This document shows positions 28,525 to 36,386 of a stretch of DNA of 47,156 bases, one piece after another. Each line of letters opens with the position of its first letter. Within the stretch, counting starts at the first letter, position 1. Source of the stretch: Eubacteriales bacterium (GTDB taxonomy: Bacteria; Bacillota; Clostridia; Oscillospirales; UBA644); assembly GCA_045647025.1 (NCBI GenBank), contig JAZRLW010000110.1, forward strand, positions 1 to 47,156. Reading direction: 5' to 3'. A program made the translations under genes and the position numbers. Below the pieces are notes generated by a model, which was not told where the DNA came from, ran no database searches, and was given only the letters and a program-made list of their open reading frames with translations.

Positions 28525-29205
28525 TTATTCATTTATTCTGAACGAGATTTCCGTCCAGAGCGAAGAAGCAAAGCCGGTTACCTGCTGTACAAGGAAAACG
28601 ATAAGCACGATGATAAACGCAATAATCAGTATACCAACTATTGAAAGAACCGTCGTAGCAATACCCTTTTTAACCGAGTACTGATGAGTGGTTATCATTC
28701 CGAGGAAGATCTCCATATAAGCAATAACTACGCCCATAGAATTTACGGTAGTAAATACGCTGGCGGATTCCAAGGGAAGATAATGGCTAAGAGGTACGGC
28801 AATAAAGTTACAAAGTGTAAGGGGAAGAGTACCTACTGCTGTGGCAACGAAAATGTCACCAAACTTACCGTCGCCGTCCATAAGGGAGGAGAAGCACCAG
28901 TTAGCAACAGTCCACAGAATGTAGGGAAGAATAGCAATACCAATCTCAAGGATAACGTTCAGGCTGAGCTGTTCAGCTACGCTTGTGTACATATATCCGA
29001 GAAGCTGTCTCTTAAATACTGCAGAGAAGGCGAGAAGAATCATGAGCAACACTGCGGTATTGACAGATTTTCTCTTGGGATCGTTTTTCAGATCGTAAAA
29101 CCCATCGAAGGGATGAACGAGAACGTAAAACGCATAAGGAAGCTTTTTGAAAGCATCAACAATACAATCGCCGGTTGTCTTAAATACCTTTTTTACTGTT
29201 GTCAT
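28525..29205 (-). CDS. Yip1-family polytopic membrane protein
   Basis: Five predicted TM helices after a cytoplasmic N-terminus (HPFDGFYDLKNDPKRK). The start overlaps the stop of the NHL gene (TAATG). Confidence 0.6.
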   Translation of the reverse strand: MTTVKKVFKTTGDCIVDAFKKLPYAFYVLVHPFDGFYDLKNDPKRKSVNTAVLLMILLAFSAVFKRQLLGYMYTSVAEQLSLNVILEIGIAILPYILWTVANWCFSSLMDGDGKFGDIFVATAVGTLPLTLCNFIAVPLSHYLPLESASVFTTVNSMGVVIAYMEIFLGMITTHQYSVKKGIATTVLSIVGILIIAFIIVLIVFLVQQVTGFASSLWTEISFRINE

Positions 29206-30854
29206 TATCTTCTACCTCCTTTCTTTTTTCTTCTCTTACTCTTTCTTGTCTTAATCAAGAAGTACAGAACGAACAAACCAACTACGAGAACGATTGCACT
29301 GATAGCAATAAGAGCGAAGTTCTCTTCCATAGAAGCTCTCTGGAGCTCTTTGAAAGCCTGAGAGTAATAGGTGGTTTCGTTTGCAACTTCGAAGTAATCA
29401 AGAGCATTCTGATAATGATCAAGTCTTGAATCATCGTAATACAAGGTCATAGCGGTACGCATTTCAGCCTTACCGAGACCGATGTAAGCGATATGCATAT
29501 TAGAGTTATAAGCTATAACGTCTTTCCAATACTGGGAAGAAACGTCGTATTTACCTGCGATATGAGAATCGAGAGCATTAAATACTGTCTTTGCATAGTC
29601 CGTCATTTCATAAATAACGAGAGACTTGCTTCCAACGTCAGAAACAACAATGTGGTCGCCATTAATTACCATCGAGTAAGGAGTGGTTGTTCTACCCTGC
29701 TGGCTACCCTTACCGCCACTGATGAAGATAAGGTTACAGTCGTTATCGTAAACGAAGAATCGACCGCTTCTCTGGTCGAGAATAACGAAACATCCATTAT
29801 CGTAAGCCGCTGCGTCTACTATCTGAGGCGTGGTCTCAACAGTGAAATCCAAGTCGCCGATTACGGGGAAGATACCGTTTCTACGGAGAATATCTATACC
29901 CGAAGTGTTAAGCTTGGAAACAGGTGAAGTATCGGGCTCGCTCTTGCTTACAGCAGCGGATACGAGGCTTGCAGAGTCTATTGTAGAAATAGTAACATAC
30001 ATGAATCCTCTGTAGTCCTGAGCGATATTATTATATTCGGTAGGAACGTAGGTGACGAGCTTCTTTCTCTGCTCATCGGTAGCCAACATTCTCCAGAACC
30101 AATCCATGGGGTTCATTTCAACCTTAGGAGCGCCTACGAAGTTGGTAAACATACCGGTGTTGTCAAGCTCCATTATACCGCGGTTAACGGCATAAGCGAT
30201 TACCTGCATACCGCCGGCACGGTCAACTATGAGCTTCAGAGGCTTGAATATGTAGCTTTTACCAAGAACGGATACCTTTACAGACTGGTATACCTGCTTT
30301 ACGTAACCATTGATATCACATACGACTATACGTCTGTTATTGGTATCTGCTACGTAGATAAGACCATCTTCGGTAACGTATATACCCGAAGGATGATTAA
30401 AGCTATAAGCATTAGCTGCGGTCATTTCGGGGTCGATGGAAGGATTGCCGAGAGCGTCGTACTTGTTCTTATCAAGCTCGGGAATGACGTATCCGGGATC
30501 CTCTGCGGTAGCGGGAGTATTCTTTAAGCTTCTGATGGTCTGCGTTACCTTGTAGGCTTCGTCGAGAACGATAATCTGGTTACCGCCTCTGTCGAGAACA
30601 TACACATAGCCGTTTCTCTCAAAGAGGTCAACGGGCTCGTAGGTAAGGATATCAGCGCCAATATCCTCTGCGCCGAGAGTCTTGATGTGAGCGTAGGATA
30701 CGGGAGCATCTACGGGTTCGCCGTAGAAGTTATAAATATAGGAGTCTACGATTTCGTCATTGGTCGTTACGGCCGCCATAGGCAGAACGCAAAGAGGAAG
30801 AATAACGAGCATCGCAAGAATAAGGGCGAAAGCCGATTTAAATATGTTTCTCAT
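29205..30854 (-). CDS. Secreted NHL-repeat beta-propeller protein with a C-terminal TM anchor and polybasic tail
   Basis: Signal peptide and NHL-like blades (YVYVLDRGGNQIIVLD, LIYVADTNNRRIVVCD, CFVILDQRSGRFFVYD, HIVVSDVGSKSLVIYE). C-terminus reads LIAISAIVLVVGLFVLYFLIKTRKSKRRKKKGGRR. Confidence 0.7.
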   Translation of the reverse strand: MRNIFKSAFALILAMLVILPLCVLPMAAVTTNDEIVDSYIYNFYGEPVDAPVSYAHIKTLGAEDIGADILTYEPVDLFERNGYVYVLDRGGNQIIVLDEAYKVTQTIRSLKNTPATAEDPGYVIPELDKNKYDALGNPSIDPEMTAANAYSFNHPSGIYVTEDGLIYVADTNNRRIVVCDINGYVKQVYQSVKVSVLGKSYIFKPLKLIVDRAGGMQVIAYAVNRGIMELDNTGMFTNFVGAPKVEMNPMDWFWRMLATDEQRKKLVTYVPTEYNNIAQDYRGFMYVTISTIDSASLVSAAVSKSEPDTSPVSKLNTSGIDILRRNGIFPVIGDLDFTVETTPQIVDAAAYDNGCFVILDQRSGRFFVYDNDCNLIFISGGKGSQQGRTTTPYSMVINGDHIVVSDVGSKSLVIYEMTDYAKTVFNALDSHIAGKYDVSSQYWKDVIAYNSNMHIAYIGLGKAEMRTAMTLYYDDSRLDHYQNALDYFEVANETTYYSQAFKELQRASMEENFALIAISAIVLVVGLFVLYFLIKTRKSKRRKKKGGRR

Positions 30855-30866
30855 CTTTCCGCCTCC

Positions 30867-31820
30867 TTAGTCTTTCATACCCGATGTTGCCATCGTTTCA
30901 ACTATGTTACTCTGTGTTATAACGAAGACTATAACGGGAACGGACATCATTACTATCTGAATTGCCATGGAAACGCCCGTTCTGGCAATACCTGCGCCGG
31001 AGATCTGACCCAACGCATAAGAAAGGGTTTTAAGTTCTTCGCGGTAGATGTAAATACTTGAGCCCTGATTCCAGAAGTTCTGAACGGCGAAAACGATAAG
31101 AGTCAGCCATCCGGGCTTGATGGAAGGCATCAGTATGTTAAAGAATATCCTGAATTCTCCTGCACCGTCGATACGGGCCGCCTCAAGAACGGTATCAGGG
31201 AACTGGTCCATATACTGCTTGATGAGGTAGAGGGAGAAGGAAGAACCGAGGGCGGGAATAAGAATAGCGTAGTATGTATCGATCCAGCCGAGGTTTGCCA
31301 TTATAATATAGTTGGCAATTGTAGATGCGGTGGAGGTGAACATAAGGGACATAGAGGAGATCTGGAAGATAAACTCACGGCCCTTGAACTGACGCTTGGA
31401 GAGGGGGTACGCAGCCAAAGATGCGGAAACAACGTTGAAGGTTGTACCCACCAAGGTAATAAAGATGGTGTTAAAGAGGTATTTGGAGAAAGGCACCAAA
31501 GAGTTGGACATTATGGTGAACAAATCCAAATAGTTCTTAAAGGTAGGATTCTTAACAATAAGATTCGGGGGGAAAAGGAATATTTCGTTCATGGGCTTAA
31601 GAGAGTTACTGATGGAGTACACCAGAGGGAAGCCCATAAAGCATCCGCCTATAAGAAGACAAGTAAAGAGGAAAAGGTCACCGGCCAAACCTCTGTTTAC
31701 CCTTTTATACTTAAAAAGACGTTTCTTTTTACGGTATATGGGATTGCCGTCAGCATCAACCTGAGGCTTTTTGGCGAAAATGGATTTCTTCTGCGCCAAA
31801 ACAGCTGTATTATCAGACAT
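30867..31820 (-). CDS. CUT1-type ABC importer permease (MalG-like), module A
   Basis: EAA loop LEAARIDGAGEFRIFFNILMP and six TM segments. Confidence 0.85.
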   Translation of the reverse strand: MSDNTAVLAQKKSIFAKKPQVDADGNPIYRKKKRLFKYKRVNRGLAGDLFLFTCLLIGGCFMGFPLVYSISNSLKPMNEIFLFPPNLIVKNPTFKNYLDLFTIMSNSLVPFSKYLFNTIFITLVGTTFNVVSASLAAYPLSKRQFKGREFIFQISSMSLMFTSTASTIANYIIMANLGWIDTYYAILIPALGSSFSLYLIKQYMDQFPDTVLEAARIDGAGEFRIFFNILMPSIKPGWLTLIVFAVQNFWNQGSSIYIYREELKTLSYALGQISGAGIARTGVSMAIQIVMMSVPVIVFVITQSNIVETMATSGMKD

Positions 31821-31837
31821 TCGTTTTTCCTCCTTTC

Positions 31838-32752
31838 CTACTTACCTATCTTACTGAGTATAAACTTAACGACTCTGTTTGAAACGTACGACAGAATAAA
31901 CAGTATCGTAGCAATTGCGGACGCGTAACCCATTTCAAAACGGGTTCCGCCGTAGTCGTCAAGGTGATGGGATATGGTATGCAATTCGTAGTTTTGGGTA
32001 GGACTACCGAATACGCTTGAAATGATACCGCCGATGCCGAAGGAGTTGGTGATGGTAAGAATAGCACCGAACATAAGCTGACCTCTCATGGAGGGGAGAG
32101 TTATGAAGTAGAGTTCCTGCCATCTATTCTTTATACCGTCAACTGCGCCTGCCTCATAGAGGGACTTATCAACGGTCTGAAGACCGGCTATCATGGTAAG
32201 GAATGAGGTACCAAGGGACTGCCAAAGTATTACTATAATACATATGGGCCACATAAGGTCTGCATCCTTGGTGAACTGAAGGGGTTCGGTTATAAGACCC
32301 CAGTCAAGGAACCAAGCGTTAAGGTAACCGTTTGCGTCACCTGTAAAGAAGAGTTTCCAGAAGGTGGTAAGACCGCCGGCAAGAGAAGGCGCATAGAAGA
32401 GAAGCGTCAGGAATGCACGGGGCTTTGCAGGAACCTCATTAATAAGCCATGCAAAAGCAAAGCAAAGCAAATAGCTACAGGGACCGGTAATGATTGCAAG
32501 AATCATTGTGTTCTCAAAGGCGAGAGAGAAGATGTCGTCATTGAGGAAGAGCTTAGAATAGTTATCAAATCCAACGAAGTCGGGCATTTCCAACATGTTG
32601 AAGTTTGTAAAACTCAAGCCGAGAGATACGAAAACAGGGAGAACCGTAAACGTAAAGAAGGTGATGAGGTAGGGACCAAGGAAGACGATAAGGTCTAAGT
32701 TCTCATATTTCTTCTGTCTTGAAAGGCTCGAAACTTTTTGCTTTTTAGCCAT
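31838..32752 (-). CDS. CUT1-type ABC importer permease (MalF-like), module A
   Basis: EAA loop YEAGAVDGIKNRWQELYFITLP and six TM segments. Confidence 0.85.
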   Translation of the reverse strand: MAKKQKVSSLSRQKKYENLDLIVFLGPYLITFFTFTVLPVFVSLGLSFTNFNMLEMPDFVGFDNYSKLFLNDDIFSLAFENTMILAIITGPCSYLLCFAFAWLINEVPAKPRAFLTLLFYAPSLAGGLTTFWKLFFTGDANGYLNAWFLDWGLITEPLQFTKDADLMWPICIIVILWQSLGTSFLTMIAGLQTVDKSLYEAGAVDGIKNRWQELYFITLPSMRGQLMFGAILTITNSFGIGGIISSVFGSPTQNYELHTISHHLDDYGGTRFEMGYASAIATILFILSYVSNRVVKFILSKIGK

Positions 32753-32767
32753 CTATGATCACCCTCC

Positions 32768-35695
32768 TTAGTCTACATCAACCATATCGAGGGGAAGACC
32801 CAGCTCGGTACGCTTGTGAATGATTTCTTCATTAATGTACATAACGTTGTTAAGTATTGCTTCACGGGGATCGTCAAAGTCAACAACAACGCTGGTGAAT
32901 GCGAAGCCTACGTATCTTGAAGTGTAATAACCTGCGATAACTTCGGGATAGGGGATAAGGCTTGCAAACTGTTCTTCAATAGCGTCAACCTCAGACGCAG
33001 TCCAGTTCATAGCGAGAACTGCATTAACGTTTGCAGAGTTGTAACGGCCTGCGGCACCAAGAACGGATTCAATTTCGCGGCCGAAGTCGGTCTGAATCTC
33101 ATCACTAGTCCACCAGTCAATAAATGTCCAACCGTTTTCCTTTTCCTTTGCGGTCTGGAGAAGAACGGTACACTTGAAGGTTGCGATATTTGACTTATCA
33201 ATGCCACCGTCTTCTCTAACCGTTCCGGGAACGGTGGTGAAGGTCCAAAGACCCTTGATTTCGGGAGCAAAGATTGACATCTTATTGTAGAAGTTGTAAA
33301 GGTCGGTATCGCCTATAGGCATACTGCCCTGTCTGAAACGGTTTTCAAAGTCGAATTCGATTGAAAGGCCGTAGTTGGTATAGAGCTCGGTATGACGGAT
33401 AAAGGCGTCGATAGCAACGGGAGAGTCGATATCGGAAGCCTGACCTCTATACTTATAAAGAGAACCGCCTGCCTGATAGAGGAGGGTGTTATACTCGGGA
33501 GGAGCATACTCCATATATCTCTTCTGCATTACAGGGATAACCTCATAAACCTCATCCCAGGTATTGGGAACTGCAAGGCCAAGGCTTTCCATGATGTCGC
33601 TTCTATAGAAGAGAACCTGGAAGTTCATGGTTTCGGGCATACCGTAAACATGTTTTACTACGTTGCCGTTTTCATCGTAAACTTCAGCAGACATAGCTTC
33701 AGTAGCGTTCTTTATAAATCTTTCGGATACCATCTGCTCAAAGCCTTCGTAACCGTCAAGAGGTTCAAGAGCGTTACGGGTGGAGTAGTTGATAACTTCT
33801 TCTGTACCTATACCCAAAACAACGTCGGGACCCTTACCTGCAAGAATGGAGGGAAGGAGCGCGCCCGAGGGAACGAGAGACATTGAAAGGTTTATCTCTT
33901 TTTCGGGAATGAAAGAACGGTCGATAAGCTGACGAAGAACCTGAGCCTGGTCACGGGCGGACATGGTCCACACGGTAGCGGTTTCGGTATATTCAGCGCC
34001 GTTGGAAGAAGAGATGCTGTTGAAATCGGTAAAGAATGAAGAGAAGAACATCTTTACGTTAAACCAAAGAGAATCAAACACACCGGCTTCTGCAGCAGGA
34101 GCTTCGTAATTTTCTTCAGCTATGATAAAGTAGTCGACTTCAAGGGGAAGGGAGCGGATATCGAGCAACCACGAACCAAGATTTGTTATACAATTTTTAA
34201 ATGCCGAATATTCGGAAGCGATACTGTCGGGATTCTCATAAAGAGTAATAAGAGTATTGTATATGTTCTTAACCAAAGCAGTATACTGACCGTTCTCACC
34301 GAGTATGTTGAGAAGCTCGTCATGAATCTTTCTCAGAATATCGGCCTGAGCCTTAAGGTCAGAAATAACTTCGGGAATGATTTCATCAAACTCGTAATCT
34401 CTGTACTTGTCGGGAGAAGGACCGGTAACCATCAGAATCTTCTGAGAGTCGACGTTCAAATTGGCTATAACAGCGGTAACAGCATTGATGATATCTGCCA
34501 TATCGCCGTAAACAGCCTCAAATCTTACGGTGTTTTCGCCTTCTTCAAAGTAGAAGAGAAGGGGCTGATTGTATTCATCGGTAGGAGTTACTATCTGCCA
34601 GTCATCACTAAAGCCTATCTTGATCTTGGAAGCTTCTTCGAACTGAACCTTTCCGTTAACCGTTATCTCACGGCTTACGAAGCTTCCGTTCAAAGTGTTC
34701 TGACGAGCTCTGAAGATGATCTTGTAAAGACCTGCGGCAGGAACATCAACCTTGTATTCGATCCACTGACCCGAAACACTCCATCTGGGAGTACCGGAGG
34801 AGTTACCACCCATAGAGTTGAGCTTAATAGTATCAACACTGGCGGGCTCGGTAGCGGCAGAGGCTCTATCGTAAGAAGCAAAAAGAGTGGGGTCATTCTT
34901 TCCGTAGGGATATTCTGCCTGATACTTTGCGATAAGCTGATCGCCGCCGGTCTGATAAACCAGATTATCAAGCATGAATTCGCCGAAGGAAATAGGATCC
35001 TTGTCGCCGTAAAGGTAAACGGCGGAGAAAGCAACAGGCTCTCTGAGGGACTCTATTCTTACAACGTTAGTACCCTTTTCAAGGTAGAACTTGAGGGGAT
35101 AGTCGTAAGAAGCGGATGCATCCTCAAAAGCTGCGCCGTAGATCCAATAGGGATTCTCTACCTGCTCGCGACGGGTTTCGTTACCGTAAGCATCCCTGGT
35201 AAAGAAGCTATCGAAATCCCTGAGGTCTTCTACATTGTCCTTGTAGATACGGTCGAGGGTAGCGGCACGGGCTTCAACGAACTGAAGCTCTCCGTTTATG
35301 TAAATATTTCTTTCAATGGCAGAACCCTTACCCTTGACGGGGTAGTAGTCAACGCCCAGTGAATAAAGACCGGTTGCGGGAACGTTTACTATGAATTCCA
35401 CGTAACCGTCTTCCTGAGTGATCAGCACATTGTCCTTGCCGTCAACCGTTCCGTAGCTGTAATTTTCACCTGCGGAGGGATTGGAAAGGTCAAAATAGAC
35501 TGTTTCATCAGGGATTGCTGCTCTGGCATAATCCTCCAGGAACGCGCCGAAGGTTCCGTCCACGTAAGTGGGAATGAAGGGAACGTCGGATGCACTGGAT
35601 TCATTGCCGCTTGAGTTTGCAAAAGTAATAACGGCCGTGAGCTGAAGCATTGCTATCAAAATGCAGACAACCGTCAAAACTTTGTTCTTGCGCAC
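32768..35695 (-). CDS. 975-aa extracellular protein: two tandem CBM-like beta-sandwich repeats, a helical linker and a family-1 solute-binding domain
   Basis: GTG start with SD GGAAGGTG and a signal peptide without a lipobox. Internal duplication: VEFIVNVPATGLYSLGV...IYINGELQFVEA...PLKFYLEKGTNVVRIE versus IEYKVDVPAAGLYKIIF...ITVNGKVQFEEA...PLLFYFEEGENTVRFE. The C-terminal roughly 400 aa are LplA/SBP_bac_1-like. Confidence 0.8.
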   Translation of the reverse strand: MRKNKVLTVVCILIAMLQLTAVITFANSSGNESSASDVPFIPTYVDGTFGAFLEDYARAAIPDETVYFDLSNPSAGENYSYGTVDGKDNVLITQEDGYVEFIVNVPATGLYSLGVDYYPVKGKGSAIERNIYINGELQFVEARAATLDRIYKDNVEDLRDFDSFFTRDAYGNETRREQVENPYWIYGAAFEDASASYDYPLKFYLEKGTNVVRIESLREPVAFSAVYLYGDKDPISFGEFMLDNLVYQTGGDQLIAKYQAEYPYGKNDPTLFASYDRASAATEPASVDTIKLNSMGGNSSGTPRWSVSGQWIEYKVDVPAAGLYKIIFRARQNTLNGSFVSREITVNGKVQFEEASKIKIGFSDDWQIVTPTDEYNQPLLFYFEEGENTVRFEAVYGDMADIINAVTAVIANLNVDSQKILMVTGPSPDKYRDYEFDEIIPEVISDLKAQADILRKIHDELLNILGENGQYTALVKNIYNTLITLYENPDSIASEYSAFKNCITNLGSWLLDIRSLPLEVDYFIIAEENYEAPAAEAGVFDSLWFNVKMFFSSFFTDFNSISSSNGAEYTETATVWTMSARDQAQVLRQLIDRSFIPEKEINLSMSLVPSGALLPSILAGKGPDVVLGIGTEEVINYSTRNALEPLDGYEGFEQMVSERFIKNATEAMSAEVYDENGNVVKHVYGMPETMNFQVLFYRSDIMESLGLAVPNTWDEVYEVIPVMQKRYMEYAPPEYNTLLYQAGGSLYKYRGQASDIDSPVAIDAFIRHTELYTNYGLSIEFDFENRFRQGSMPIGDTDLYNFYNKMSIFAPEIKGLWTFTTVPGTVREDGGIDKSNIATFKCTVLLQTAKEKENGWTFIDWWTSDEIQTDFGREIESVLGAAGRYNSANVNAVLAMNWTASEVDAIEEQFASLIPYPEVIAGYYTSRYVGFAFTSVVVDFDDPREAILNNVMYINEEIIHKRTELGLPLDMVDVD

Positions 35696-35963
35696 TGCAA
35701 TACACCTTCCTTTTCTGTCGTTTTACCGATTCGTTTTGCTCTGTGGAATCGGTATTTTTTGGTTCGGTACGCTTTGTTGCACGTTAAGGAAATAAAACAC
35801 GTAAAACCTAATTTCGGAGAATAAAAAACCCGTCAAAACGGTACACTTCCGCTTTGAACTTGGCACTTTTATGATCACCGGAGGTCAAGCAATGTCTTTC
35901 CTTGGCGATTTTTCGATAACCGCGCAGGGTAAAACATAGCCTTCCCCCTTTGCAGTTATATAT

Positions 35964-35992
35964 ATTATAATACTTTTTGGCCGAAAAGTCAA
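35964..35992 (-). promoter_or_regulatory. Sigma-A promoter of the eight-gene ABC-like operon
   Basis: Minus strand reads TTGACT (35992-35987), 17-nt spacer, TATAAT (35969-35964). It implies a leader of about 260 nt. Confidence 0.6.
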
Positions 35993-36084
35993 CAACCCGC
36001 AGGTTGAGAGATTTTACAAGAATGTGTATTTATGTTGCCGCTTGTGCAACATTGCCAAAAACGTCACCCTGAATACATCAAGAT

Positions 36085-36100
36085 TGTGTAATTTTACACA
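36085..36100. promoter_or_regulatory. Perfect 7-2-7 dyad TGTGTAA-TT-TTACACA (candidate operator or activator site)
   Basis: Read directly from the sequence. It lies about 95 nt upstream of the -35 of the operon promoter. A second dyad, ATGTTGC-N7-GCAACAT, lies at 36032-36052. Confidence 0.3.
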
Positions 36101-36132
36101 TAGAAATGTACCATTTGTAATGCGTGCATAAC

Positions 36133-36162
36133 AAAACGGACACAATATATTGTGTCCGTTTT
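36133..36162. terminator. Bidirectional intrinsic terminator
   Basis: AAAACGGACACAAT/ATTGTGTCCGTTTT perfect palindrome (about 13 bp) with A/T runs on both sides. Confidence 0.7.
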
Positions 36163-36386
36163 GATAAATATTGGGTTTTTATCTATATATTGATGCCGCC
36201 AAACAAATTGAACTTTTTTGTCTTGTGCAAAATGACCAAAAATTATCTTTCAAAAATACTTTACAATCATTTCGCAAAACCACCGCAAATTGTGGAAAAA
36301 CACCCTTGTTTTCCTATCACGAGCAAAAGATTTTTTGGCAATATATACATCTTTTTTGACATTTTTGAAACTAAAAGAGCCGCTCT

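Noticed and set aside
29205-29330. The C-terminus of the NHL protein (hydrophobic helix plus a Lys/Arg tail) as a sortase sorting signal for the nearby SrtB genes.
   Set aside because: No LPXTG, NPQTN or [SP]PXTG-like motif precedes the hydrophobic segment (the sequence reads ...ELQRASMEENFALIAISAIV...). A simple tail anchor is the more economical reading.
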